A stretch of 63,277 bases of DNA from positions 3,808,744 to 3,872,020 of the forward strand of contig MU054212.1 of NCBI GenBank assembly GCA_013239625.1. The letters are read 5' to 3'. A model generated the notes under the pieces. The model did no database searches. It was given only the letters and a program-made list of their open reading frames with translations, and was not told where the DNA came from. Origin of the DNA: Lama guanicoe. Taxonomy: Eukaryota. Shown in pieces: positions 26,122 through 39,726 of the stretch (the first letter of the stretch is position 1; the number at the start of each line of letters is the position of its first letter). Both the position numbers and the translations under genes were made by a program.

Positions 26122-27849
26122 CTGCATTTTGGGAGGCAAGGGAAGGGAGGGAGACAGGGTCACGATTTGCAGATCTTCACGCTGACACCAGCGGTCCCCC
26201 GGGACCCGACGCTGGTTTGTAAGTTTCCACCTGCAGACCACAACACGTTCACCCCACAGAGCCTGAGGTTAGCACCAGACTGAAACTAACTGATGTCTTT
26301 CCTCTGTAAAGAGTCCAGCCCAGTGAGGCCAGACACACAGACAATGGGAGGGGTTAACTAGGGAGTGCGTTTGATGGGTGGCAGAGATGAATGGCCCCCT
26401 GCCTGAAGCTGGGAAGGGAGGATCTTAACTGAAGTCTGGTAAGGCATCTGCATAAAAGTGCACTGGGCAAGATCGTTTTGAGTAATTACCTGTGGGTAAG
26501 TCACACTGAAATAATACAGAGGACTGTGAGATCATGTGACACGTGGACCCTAGTCTATCCAGAATCAGAGTCAAAGGATTGGGACAACAAACTCGTTTAA
26601 CAGGACTTATATGCCAGGCAACTTGCGAAAAGAGAGGGACAGAGAAGTGAGTGCCATTCGGTTCTTGCCCTCAACAAGCTTACAATCTAACGTAACAGGC
26701 ATGACTACAGTATGAAATAAACGATAAGTAAGGAAAAAAAAACATGAAGTCTAGGCAAAAATCAGAATGCTGAAAACAAAATCCAGACCAGAACTGAGAG
26801 CTGGGAGTTCAAGGTGGAAGTGGCATTCCATTTGACTCAAATTTGGAAAAGGAGATTCTGCCAATCTAAAACAGCAAGTATATACGTGGCTTTTAAAAAG
26901 AATTGAATAAAAAAGAACCAATGAAATTATTATCTGTAATCTTAAGTCTTGTGAAAAGATGCTTTTTTATACAGAACTCATGTCTCTGTGGCTTATCCAT
27001 AATCATGCTCTACAAAACTTTAAGGATTTAATACTATGTCCTTTTAGCATTTTCTCTTAATTTTTTCCCAGTTCCATTCTAGTGCCCCAAGATATACCCA
27101 GATTAGTGTCCAAACAATCATTCTCTTTTTGCACAACTCTGCTTTTTAAATGCTGGTGGGCTTAAAAGAGGCTTCATTTATCCAAGACATGATGGACTAT
27201 CTGCTTTTAGATCGATCCTTCCAATCAGCACGTGCTTTATGAATACATATATGTGTTCTTTTAAATCAGTATGTGTTCATGTATTCATTCTTCCCAGTTT
27301 ACAGAGGAGGAAGAGGGAACAGAGCATGAAAATTAAGGTGAGAGTCAGTATGTATAGCGGTTAAGAGATCAGACCCCGGGGCCACACCTCAGCTCTGCGC
27401 AGCACCAGGACCTCAGCTAAGTTCGACAAGCTCCGTTTCCTCATCGGTAACTGTAATCACGGCAACAAGATCACTATGAAGATCAAACAGAATAAAGGGA
27501 CCCAAGGGCTCACCACAGTGCCTGGCATTTGTTAGAGCTCAAGGAATATTAGTTTATTTATTCATTTTTTTTTAAGTTTAGAGAAAAAAATTCTTGCTTC
27601 AGAATTTGAAAAAAAGAAAAACAAATGTGAAAGACATCCTATTTTAAGAAACAAGATGGCAGCTGCTTGGCTTCAATCAAAAACCAGAAAAGAAAAGTAC
27701 ACACTACTTCCTTCCCATCCCCGAGTCCGTCTTACCAACCAGCCTAACCATCTGGTTCAGCACCACTCCTCCTCTTCTCAGGTACACTAATGACAGCCCG
27801 GAAACGCCCGTGAGAAACAGTACAGCAAACTACTTCCACCTGTAAGCAT

Positions 27850-30077
27850 CGAACGACTTCAAGATACAAAACCTAAATAACCTGAGATAGGATTTTCTTG
27901 ATTATATCTATAGAAAAAGCTACAGGGCAATTCTGTTAAGACTGAAAACCACAAAATACAGTTTCTGCAAACTCCTAACTCCAGTTTGTGGTGGATGGTG
28001 TTACTGTCCTGGATGGTTCACTGTCCTCTCCCCGTGGGCGGATCACATGCCCGTGCTACCACAAGTGCCACACTGGGGCCGTTCACTTCCCCACCACACC
28101 GTCAGGCTTGGCGAGACCTTTAAGGGTGCTAGTTAACGTGCCCCCACCAAGCTCCTCCTCTCCCCACCTCGGCCAGGGGAAGGGCCTGCCCCACGTGCCA
28201 GTCTCCCTTCTGCCTGGATCCTGAAACACAGAAGACATGTGGATCATGGTGTCAGCACCAAACTGGAAAGAAGGAAAGGCTAAGACTAAGATTAACCCAA
28301 AGGGTCAATGGCAGGGCATCAAGTTGCCTGGATTCAGTGGAGATGGAAGCGATGGCCTGTTTACTGTGACTTAGAATAAATGCTAGAAGCTGCCTGGTCT
28401 TCCCTGGTGGGTTAAAGGGCCCAAGATTCTTCTTCAAATGTCTAAGATACTCGATTCATCCCTTAAACAAAACAAAACAAATAAGAACACTGATGATATT
28501 GGTAATTACCACTGAGAGTCTCAAAAATATTTCTTTAAATTTTTTTTTAGCTCCTGTCTTGGCTTTCTGATCATCCTGGTGGTTTTTGAATCTATGCTTG
28601 CTTGCTTGCTTGCTTTTTTTATTAAAAGAGGCTAAGGCTATAAAACCCATTAGAGGTCACTGTGCTATGTGTCAGAGATCAGACACTGTCTCAGGTTTCA
28701 GTAATTACCAAAGGGCAAAAACCACTGAACTTTTCAAGAATTCTCAGGCAAGCCATCTTCCCAGGCTGAACGTTCAGTACGTTAAGTCCCTTCCACTTGC
28801 GTAGCACTGATTTTTACCTGAGGATAAAATATGATTCTTCCGGGCGAGGCGTGCTATAACTTCTGGGTACCATTTTGGTAATTCTCAACAGATCATAGTT
28901 AAGTGCTGAGAAACGGACAGAGACAGGCAGGCAGCCAGAGTGAAGGTACAGGAGAAATCCGGCGTGGGTGGTGCACTGCCTATGGCCCTCCCCTCTGGGA
29001 TGCCTTTACGCAAAGTGTGGACACCATTTCACACGATGTACGACACGCTGTTGCCAAATTTACCAACTATCTGCATGTGCTGCTCTCTCCCCATCTAGGT
29101 CTGACTAAGTCTAGAGGAGTATGTGCCTGCTTCCCCTTACTTGGACGGGCAGACCTTGAACTCTGGATAAATCTGAACTGTTTTCTGTAGTGAGCTGTCT
29201 CTAACATCAAAGAGCTGTGGCTCTGGCTGAATTCGTGCTGAGCTTGTATTTATAGACTTCTGGTCCTGTGCTTTACGGGTGGAGACATGCTTTTACAGGG
29301 ACTATAAAAACCCACATTCCTCACTGCGGGACCACACGAGGGCTGTAAGAGGAAAGAGGTCCTACTGATTCCCTTACGTTGTCTTCTATTGTCTCAAACG
29401 CACTGCCTTAGTTCAGCGTACCATTATACCCTGTCTGGACCACAGCAAAAGCCTCTCTCACTGTTCTCCCTGTCCCCAGGACTCTCCCTGCTTCTTTCTT
29501 ACGAACTCCTATTGGTTTCTCTTTCTGATTTGATTATTTGATGTCACCCACCCCACCTGCAGGTAAAATTCTTTAACTGCCGTCACCTATAGGAGTGTTT
29601 CCAAAGTAAGAGAGGAGTCCCCCACTGGAGGTACGTAGGGTGATTTTTAAATGGAGACAGGCACTTTAAAACAATTATTTTTATTAAAAAAAAAGTTAAA
29701 AATTGATTAAAAGTTTAAGTAAAGAATAGATGAAGTTTGCAGACATGGAAAACACTAGAAGGCATTACTCAAATAGCTGATGTTGGGGTAACATATAGGA
29801 GAAAGCCAAAACCTTTTGGGGAGCATTCGGTGAGCCCAGACTGTCCACCCACCTTTTCCCTTTCAACTGTTCTCAAAGCCAGCGACCACAGCTGAATCAG
29901 TCACTAAATTATTCACCAAAACCTTCTCAAGCCTGAAAAATGTCACATTCGTGGGTGCCTCCTGCTATTTACATGTTTATTTTCTGCTAGCTGAAATGTG
30001 ATTCCCTTTGTTTGAAATGTCCCATCTCCTATTTTTCATTTGATTAATATCCATCCATCCACCTGTTCACCCATCCA
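27850..30077. repeat. Tandem direct duplication, copy 1 (~2,228 bp) in last CDH2 intron
   Basis: Five ORFs recur with identical translation at an offset of exactly 2,228 (e.g. 27988/30216, 28903/31131). The nucleotide text matches apart from a few 1-nt indels in the stretches compared. Confidence 0.97.
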
Positions 30078-30078
30078 A

Positions 30079-32305
30079 CGAACGACTTAAGATACAAAAC
30101 CTAAATAACCTGAGATAGGATTTTCTTGATTATATCTATAGAAAAAGCTACAGGGCAATTCTGTTAAGACTGAAAACCACAAAATACAGTTTCTGCAAAC
30201 TCCTAACTCCAGTTTGTGGTGGATGGTGTTACTGTCCTGGATGGTTCACTGTCCTCTCCCCGTGGGCGGATCACATGCCCGTGCTACCACAAGTGCCACA
30301 CTGGGGCCGTTCACTTCCCCACCACACCGTCAGGCTTGGCGAGACCTTTAAGGGTGCTAGTTAACGTGCCCCCACCAAGCTCCTCCTCTCCCCACCTCGG
30401 CCAGGGGAAGGGCCTGCCCCACGTGCCAGTCTCCCTTCTGCCTGGATCCTGAAACACAGAAGACATGTGGATCATGGTGTCAGCACCAAACTGGAAAGAA
30501 GGAAAGGCTAAGACTAAGATTAACCCAAAGGGTCAATGGCAGGGCATCAAGTTGCCTGGATTCAGTGGAGATGGAAGCGATGGCCTGTTTACTGTGACTT
30601 AGAATAAATGCTAGAAGCTGCCTGGTCTTCCCTGGTGGGTTAAAGGGCCCAAGATTCTTCTTCAAATGTCTAAGATACTCGATTCATCCCTTAAACAAAA
30701 CAAAACAAATAAGAACACTGATGATATTGGTAATTACCACTGAGAGTCTCAAAAATATTTCTTTAAATTTTTTTTTAGCTCCTGTCTTGGCTTTCTGATC
30801 ATCCTGGTGGTTTTTGAATCTATGCTTGCTTGCTTGCTTGCTTTTTTTATTAAAAGAGGCTAAGGCTATAAAACCCATTAGAGGTCACTGTGCTATGTGT
30901 CAGAGATCAGACACTGTCTCAGGTTTCAGTAATTACCAAAGGGCAAAAACCACTGAACTTTTCAAGAATTCTCAGGCAAGCCATCTTCCCAGGCTGAACG
31001 TTCAGTACGTTAAGTCCCTTCCACTTGCGTAGCACTGATTTTTACCTGAGGATAAAATATGATTCTTCCGGGCGAGGCGTGCTATAACTTCTGGGTACCA
31101 TTTTGGTAATTCTCAACAGATCATAGTTAAGTGCTGAGAAACGGACAGAGACAGGCAGGCAGCCAGAGTGAAGGTACAGGAGAAATCCGGCGTGGGTGGT
31201 GCACTGCCTATGGCCCTCCCCTCTGGGATGCCTTTACGCAAAGTGTGGACACCATTTCACACGATGTACGACACGCTGTTGCCAAATTTACCAACTATCT
31301 GCATGTGCTGCTCTCTCCCCATCTAGGTCTGACTAAGTCTAGAGGAGTATGTGCCTGCTTCCCCTTACTTGGACGGGCAGACCTTGAACTCTGGATAAAT
31401 CTGAACTGTTTTCTGTAGTGAGCTGTCTCTAACATCAAAGAGCTGTGGCTCTGGCTGAATTCGTGCTGAGCTTGTATTTATAGACTTCTGGTCCTGTGCT
31501 TTACGGGTGGAGACATGCTTTTACAGGGACTATAAAAACCCACATTCCTCACTGCGGGACCACACGAGGGCTGTAAGAGGAAAGAGGTCCTACTGATTCC
31601 CTTACGTTGTCTTCTATTGTCTCAAACGCACTGCCTTAGTTCAGCGTACCATTATACCCTGTCTGGACCACAGCAAAAGCCTCTCTCACTGTTCTCCCTG
31701 TCCCCAGGACTCTCCCTGCTTCTTTCTTACGAACTCCTATTGGTTTCTCTTTCTGATTTGATTATTTGATGTCACCCACCCCACCTGCAGGTAAAATTCT
31801 TTAACTGCCGTCACCTATAGGAGTGTTTCCAAAGTAAGAGAGGAGTCCCCCACTGGAGGTACGTAGGGTGATTTTTAAATGGAGCACAGGCACTTTAAAA
31901 CAATTATTTTTATTAAAAAAAAGTTAAAAATTGATTAAAAGTTTAAGTAAAGAATAGATGAAGTTTGCAGACATGGAAAACACTAGAAGGCATTACTCAA
32001 ATAGCTGATGTTGGGGTAACATATAGGAGAAAGCCAAAACCTTTTGGGGAGCATTCGGTGAGCCCAGACTGTCCACCCACCTTTTCCCTTTCAACTGTTC
32101 TCAAAGCCAGCGACCACAGCTGAATCAGTCACTAAATTATTCACCAAAACCTTCTCAAGCCTGAAAAATGTCACATTCGTGGGTGCCTCCTGCTATTTAC
32201 ATGTTTATTTTCTGCTAGCTGAAATGTGATTCCCTTTGTTTGAAATGTCCCATCTCCTATTTTTCATTTGATTAATATCCATCCATCCACCTGTTCACCC
32301 ATCCA
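30079..32305. repeat. Tandem direct duplication, copy 2
   Basis: Starts cgaacgactt(-)aagatac like 27850 and ends ...ctgttcacccatcca like 30077. Confidence 0.97.
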
Positions 32306-35300
32306 TCCTTTAAAGCCCATTAAAAATGTCACTTCTGCTTCATGGAACTTTTTCCCCAAGCCACGACTGAGAGTAATTCCTGCGGTCTCTCTGGTCTCCT
32401 TTACTTTTACTGCCGAGTTTCGGTGACACCGAATCATGACATACCATCTGCAGAGGTGGTCTGCATTTATTTCACAACCTGCTGTCCAAGACGGTGCCGG
32501 ACATCCAGCAGGTATTCTAGAAGGTAAATTTGTACTGTTGTCCCGGGCTTAATTTTACCTCAGTATCTTGTTTATACTTTTATTTATACCTTTTAGAAGA
32601 AGCTAGGATTTAGGTTTAAAATATCCATGGACATAACAGTATGATCACATGACAATGGAATTCTTTGACTTACCGATGCCAACATCATTATGTCCCTTTC
32701 TGGGAGAGTCACTTTACTTAAAGCTTTCTGGGGGGCGGGCAGCGGAAGGAGAGGTTTTTATTTGTTTTATTTACAATTATAGGGCAGAAAGTTTTTACTC
32801 CTGATTATCAGTTGTAATGATAATTAGTATGATACTGATAGTAAAGAGATTTTATTATCTGACAAGCACTGTACCAAGCACTTCACACGCATCGCTTGAC
32901 TGACTCCTCACTGCAATCTTGAAAGGAGGGGCCATTATCATCACTCCCATTTTCATAAATAAGAAAACCAGACATCCAAGAGGTTAAATCCAAGGACTCT
33001 GACCTTGTACAAGGTAACAGAGTGATTACACGAGGCACCGAAATTTGAGCTCAAACATCCAACTCTTGTAAGACTGGACAGAGATATTTTAAAAAGAACA
33101 TATTACATTTAATTAATAGGAGAAAGAAGGCAAAAGCCTTAAACTGTGTAGTTTTAACCAAGTTATTCTAGGAGCACCTTCCATAAATTTTTAAATAATG
33201 AATCAAAAGTCATTCTCTTAACAGAAATACACCCTTGGTTTTTATATTTCTGTGATAAAAGAACTAAACAGGATTAGGAAAGTTACTGGAGGCATGCTAA
33301 TATCTACTGCCGGGCTGAGATTAAATGACTTTATTTCAACTTTTCACCTTCTGAAGGTCTTCTTTAAAAAACCTCAAAACAGAAGGAAATTCTGTGGTGG
33401 AAATTCAAAGATGTGTGATTCATTTTACTCTACCTGTCTGGAAATAAGTTATCATTTTTGAGACTCATTATTTAAAGAAACAAACCAGAAAACGTTCTCG
33501 TGCACTTACTTACCTTCGCCTTACATCTATAAAAACACTCCAATTATAACCACCACTATATTCTTGTCCCTTTGGAATATTCGGTGCTGTGCTAAATCAA
33601 ACAAAACCTGGAGATAAAGAAGTCTGTTTATAGTTTAAATGTATTTGTAAAATGTACTTGAGTTCTTTGTAAGTGCCTTCAATTGTTTTAAAACTTTACA
33701 TGTATTTATTTTTATCTGTCCAGTTATAGAAAGACACTGAACATGTCTCCCTGGGTGTCTTAAATGGAGGAATTTACGTGGTGTGTTTGAACTCTATCTC
33801 CGGCTTAGGCCTTTTGACAGTCTGAACCCTTTCAACTTTCCCACAAAACTGATGATCACATCCCTGGACCCTGTTTTTAGTTGTTTTCTGTGACCCCTTA
33901 AACCCCTTAGACTTTCTTTCTGTGTCCAAAGGTGGGGCAATTCTAGGTACAGGTTTTTGGCTCCCCTTTCTCCTCTACATCCTCTATCTTACAATCGCAT
34001 TCAATTTCAAGAATTGAAATTGAAGGAATGATTTCCAAATGCGATCCCTTTGTCCATTCATGTACTCACCAACCAGTGTGCCCCCACAATGGTCCCCCCC
34101 CCGAAGATACACCTCTTCCCCTGGACCATGGGAGGGCCCCGAGGGGAAGCAAAAGGGAACCTTGAGAAAGGAGTAATGGAGGGAGCTGAGTCCTAGGCGC
34201 ACTGAGATGGAGCCCACTGTTACTGTGTGCCTGACCTTTCGTGGGCTGGTAAACACTTAACTAATATCTAGAAAAAAGGGCAAAGGACATTCCAGGCAGG
34301 AAGAACAGCATGGGGACAGGCCCTGGCGTGGAATCACAAGCTAAGATAGGGGAGACAAGTAGCTGTCTCTGTCACTGGCCTGGAAGATGCAGGTAGGGGA
34401 GGCGCCTGAGATGAAGCTGAAACACCAAATAAAAACCAGACCCAGTGGGCATCCTGTGCCCAGTAAAGTCAGAGCTCCGATCCTGGAATGTTCTCCTGGT
34501 ACAAAGATGGCGCTAGCAGCAGCGCAGGGGATTCACACAAAGCAAAGCTCTGTCTGTTGTCTTTTGTATGTACTACCGGCGCAGGGCGTACACACAGCAG
34601 ATAGTCGGTACTTATTTGCTGAATGAATGATCCTAAACCAAACTCGGGATGATTTCAAAATGACCCATTTGGAACAAACACAGACAATTTTCAAATTATG
34701 AATTGGACTGTATTCTAGAAGTTAATCTGCAAGTCAGTTGTTCAGAACAAACTTTTCCTTGTGGATACTCACACGTGTCTGTTATGACTTTAGCCACCTT
34801 TTAGACTGTGTGGACCTGTGCTGTTTTTAGATTCGTTCAGGGAAAGGAGATTCCAGATGGAAATTCCTACTTTCTCTTCCTACTGTGGCATTTAGTTGGG
34901 TAACTGGACCTTATTACTGAGATACTTCACTTGCTCTACTGAAGAGCCAGGCACGTTAAAAAAGCAAAAACAAAAACACACCCATAGACATGAACACAAA
35001 GAACTCACAGAACACCCAACTTAGAGCAACCAGTATCCTCACTTTTTGCATGTGATCAGCACCGGGAGGCGTCTTGGTAACCCCCTCCCAGAGGCAGAAA
35101 GGGGCTTCCCAGAGAAGGGGGTGTCTGGGCTGAATCTGAAGGCTCAATGGGTGTCTTACTGGTGGTCAAGAAGGAAGGGCTTTGCAGGAATTCAGTCAGA
35201 GTTAAAACCGTGATGCTTTTGAGGAGCTAGAAATAGTTTGGGGGGCTGCAGCACAGGAAGGGAATGGGTGGGGACAGAGGACAGGAATCAGATTACAAAC

Positions 35301-36861
35301 AGCCTTATCCGTGACGCCGAGGGCCTGAACTTTACCACTGAGAAAGGAAGACTGTCAGGGATGGGATGGAATCCCACAGAAAGTGCCGCTTCAGGGACTG
35401 GCCGGAACGTTCAGTTAAGATTCTGTGGAAGGACACGGAAGCCAGAATTCCCGCTTTAAAAAAGTGCAGTTCCTACACCTGCGTTCAAAAGATTCACTGT
35501 GTCTTGAAACCCGATAACCATGGGGATAACTAAACAACTTCTCATAATGACGAAAGCTACATGAGAAGTGGCACCATCAGGCCCTCTTACATATCAAAAA
35601 GGTCTAGTTACATACATATTCCTGCTAATTCCCCTAACCAGCCCTATATATAAATAAGCTGGAAAAGGGAAAAGTCAGGGCACATTTTTGTACGTAAAAG
35701 AGTTCCCGGCACTGATTTTGCCTTCCAGGAGCTTTTGAATCACGTCTGCTGTAAATAAACCTGTTACCTATTTAACCGAAGTAAATAGATACTTCAAAAA
35801 GCAGCGTGCATTTCAGAAATAGATAGTAATGAATATCTGTAAAGACAGATAAGCTAACTCTGTTTCAAAGCTTTTTCTACAAACTGTAGGACCATCTAAA
35901 AACCGAAGGCAGATTATGTAGACGTAACATATGACTATTTCAAGGAAGCCCAGGAAATGAGTCTTGTCAGCACATGACTGAACGCAATAAATACAACAGC
36001 CGCATTCCACTTTGTAACGGACTGAGACCAGACTCTGATCTTGGAGATACTTAATGGCAGGCTACCGCCAAAGAATATGAGTACAGCCATATATTCACCA
36101 TCAGTATCGATATGTATCAATCTCTGATACGAACAATAAAAATTCAATAGGAGAATGGCAGTAAAACCGTAGATGTGATCAAAAAAAGCAGCGTAAGTCA
36201 TTTTACTTCAAAACTTAAGGATTAAATGTAGCAGAATGCTTGGTCAGTAATGAAACAGAAGAAAGCCACAATAATTTTGACAGTGAAAATCATATCTGTT
36301 ATATTCAATAGAGAATTAGCTGCCTCTTACAGAAGCTCTTAAAACTCCTCAACTAGACAAGTATTTAAATCGCTCAAATAATATTTAATTTAGCTGTTGT
36401 TCCTACTAATCTCATTTGCTGGAACTCTCTCCAGTCATTGAGTAGGCAATGAATTCTCCTTATTTGTAGGATTCAAAGGGTACAGAGTGAAGAAAATGAA
36501 AGTAAACTATTATTACAGATACCAGGGCCAATAAATGAAATTAGAATTCACTATAATGTTGTTAGCCTATTTATTCCTTGTAATCTAGGGGAAAATCCTT
36601 TCGGAGAGTATGCGGCTAACACTGATAATATATATGGATGTCAGTTACAAACACAGAACATTAACGGGCAGATCTCTTTTGGGTTGATCAAATCTACCGC
36701 CTCTGCTCTCTGTTACTGAAGCCACATTTGCTGTCTCAGCAAGATAAAGGAAAACAATGTGTTTTAATGAACCCCACAGCTGTATTCCAAGCAGGTTGTG
36801 GTCTACATGGCACTAAGAGCGTAAAATAAACACCCTTATAAAGAAAGCGAATCTCTCTTCA

Positions 36862-37173
<312 letters not shown>

Positions 37174-37371
37174 TTATGATTAAATATTTCTTTCACGCGG
37201 TTCTTTCTTCTGCGGTTTTCGGTTCTCCAGTCTGTGCGCCATCTGCTTTCCTATGTTCCTTGTCAGTTTCCATTGGGAACAGCAGTGAGATGAGGTCCCA
37301 CTAAAAAAAAGACTAAAAACCCGACTAGAAAATACAGTCGTACCATAGCAGCGAAAGTACTAACTTCATGT

Positions 37372-37902
37372 TGATGGGGTTCAGGACACGCTAACCCCAA
37401 AATATGGCACCGGGGCATATTAAATATCTGAAGCTGAAGGAATCTTGAAAAAAACCGGCAGAAACAGGAAGGTCACTCTGAGCCCCGCACCTTGCCCTTC
37501 TTCCTGAAACAGGGTTCCTGAAACCCCACGTGAGAGGTCCCCTCCTTGCGCCAGGAGAAGGTGCATCCTCTTTACCACCAGAGATGGAGAATGTGGGACC
37601 AAGAACTCTGCCCAAACAAATCTTGTTAACTAACCCCTATTATCCTGATTATTTCTTCACCGATTACTACTCCAGTCCAAACTCTCTTGTCCTGTCAATT
37701 CTTCACAAGTGTATTGTTTCTTTGTCTAAAAGGTATAAACATTTCCTGTCATTTCTTCAGGTCTTGTGAAGACTCCCAGGCACAGGTCAAAGTTCCATCA
37801 AACGTGTGTGCTTTCCTCCTGTCAATCTGTCTTTGTTGGTTTAATTTTCAGACCCAACCAGGGACCCTAAGAGAGGTGACAAAGATTTTTTCCTCCTCTA
37901 CA
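37372..37902 (+). mobile_element. Solo LTR, MER34/MER39-like ERV1 (531 bp), with 4-bp TSD, antisense in intron 14
   Basis: Starts tgatggggttcaggacacgctaaccccaaaatatggcac (MER34-type LTR start) and ends tcctcctctaca; TSD atgt at 37368-37371 and 37903-37906. Confidence 0.85.
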
Positions 37903-38032
37903 ATGTCACACTGTTCTTATTTAAAAAAAAAATTTTTTTTTTGATGTGAGTGTATTTTCCTTTACTTAAAGGATGGCATTAGCTCATCAGGAAGGTTTCA
38001 AAACCACTTCATTCCTCACGCCTTTCAACGGT

Positions 38033-38211
38033 CTAGAGTTGGCAAACGATTGTCTGTGGGCCTCGTCTGGTCTGTGGCCTATTTTTCTTAAAGAATGGCT
38101 TTTACATTTTTAAAGGATTATTTAAAGAACAGGAACAACAAAGAAGAGACTGCACGTGGCCCACAAAGCCTTTCTATCCAGCCCTTTATGGAAAAAGTTT
38201 GCCAATCTCTA
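38033..38211 (+). mobile_element. MER58-like hAT-Charlie MITE
   Basis: TIRs ctagagttggcaaac / gtttgccaatctctag; internal gtggcccacaaagcc...ccctttatggaaaaagtttgcc. Confidence 0.7.
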
Positions 38212-38999
38212 GTCCAGAGGTGGGAGCCAGGGAGCGTGGTTTCTCTTCTGACACAGCCCTGTGGGAAGGTCTTAGAAAAACAGCCGTCTACGCTGAGAGG
38301 CAGAGTAGACCTCGTGAAGAAGGATGCTCTGGGCATCGGCGGGACCCTCAGAACTATTTTCGGCTTTAGTATCAGCCAGCTGGACGAGGAACGTACAAAG
38401 AAACTAACCATCATGTGGAAATGCACCAAAATTTTAGGTTTGGGCAAATACTTTGTAGTTTTCAAACCTCTAAATTCTGGTGATATAAAATGTCACATCC
38501 CCAGCTTAACCAAAATTCTCTAATTCAATGTTATTTACAGAAAGTACAGATTTTCTGGTGTTCTTTTTAATTCAGGCTTCATCTCTGTCTAAAACCAGCT
38601 CCAAATTGTTGATGGAATCTCTATGGCGGCTCTGATTCATTCAACGCTTGAATATCTACCTTGTTGTGGGCAAAGCTCCAGATGCTTCACACAGGTTTGC
38701 TCATCTAATGCTCTGAGCAGCACTGTGTGATATTAAGTTTTATTATCCTCATTTAAGAATGGAGGAAGCTGAGTCTCAAATAACCCAGGTCACGTGTCAA
38801 TGGCTCCGGATCCACTGAGAGACAGACTCTGACTTCAAATGGATTAGACTCCAAAGGGTAGGTCTTTGCAGTCACCTGGGAGGGTGAGTCAGGTCGGAGC
38901 TACAGGGTTGGAGTTAGGAGAGAACAGAGTAGGTGGACAAGGGAGGGACAAGAGTGTGAGGAATGGTTAATATAACCCAGGAGACAGACCCAGGGGAGA

Positions 39000-39195
39000 A
39001 AGGTCACTGACATTCAAACCTGTTACGTACCAGCCTCTCGGTAAGTCTCTTCTCACTGATACTTTCTAACAAATGCTTTATTGGCATCTTTTTAGAATGA
39101 AGAAGCAGACTCAGAGAGGTTGAGTAACTTGCCCAAGGTCACACAGCTGGTATCTAATTGAGATGGGAATCAAAACCAGGCATGTCTGACTTCAA
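39000..39195 (-). mobile_element. MIR (representative; similar MIR/L2 remnants at ~3020-3190, 15500-15690, 16550-16760, 27340-27560, 32810-33070, 38640-38850, 45630-45840, 53370-53600, 59160-59410)
   Basis: MIR core gcagactcagagaggttgagtaacttgcccaaggtcacacagctgg. Confidence 0.7.
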
Positions 39196-39578
39196 AATGT
39201 TGACTGAAAACTGAACTCTGTTCACTGAGATACCCTCGTTCTGACAACCCTCCCCTAAACAACTCTTTACCAAGAGCTTCAACTAACCTAGCAGGTGAAG
39301 ACACCCAGGAAAAGCTCCTACTCGGAAGAATGGACAAGGTGAGGCAGGTACACAGAGTAGGACCAGCCAGAGTGGACTGGAAACCTGGTGCATCACCACG
39401 TATAAAACACTCAGAGAGGGAAAGAGCGCGTTAGGTTTGAGCCTTGAATGACACGTGGGCTTTGGACAAAAGACCTTTCGGGGAGAATCAACAGCATGAG
39501 CAAAAGCACAGGATGCTGCGTCCTCTTGTCAGGATAGATTATTTTAAAGCACTCATACAAAACTTGAGTGAAAGCATC

Positions 39579-39726
39579 TTTTTAAAAAGTTTTTTAAAAA
39601 ATGGGATAGTTAGGTTTATTTACTTACATTTGTCTCTCTTTTTTTTTTAACGGAGGTACTGGGGATTGAACCCAGGACCTCGTGTGTGCTAAGCACTCAC
39701 TCTATCATTGAGCTACACCCTCCCCA
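39579..39726 (-). mobile_element. tRNA-derived SINE (Vic-1-like) with TSD
   Basis: Reverse complement reads ggggagggtgtagctcaatgatagag...gaggtcctgggttcaatccccagtacctcc; imperfect TSD agtg(a/g)aagcatc at 39567-39578 and 39727-39738. Confidence 0.85.

Noticed and set aside
26122..26241. N-terminal extension of the 108-aa ORF at the last exon
   Set aside because: Intronic read-through upstream of the AG at 26122-26123. The alternative AG at 26231-26232 would add 109 nt (frameshift) and has a weak pyrimidine tract.
27988..31418. Five ORFs each appearing twice, resembling a duplicated gene cluster
   Set aside because: They are short chance ORFs inside the intronic 2,228-bp duplication, with no recognisable domain or exon structure.
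38095..38523. 142-aa and 115-aa ORFs
   Set aside because: They overlap a MER58 remnant; no coding signature or known motif.
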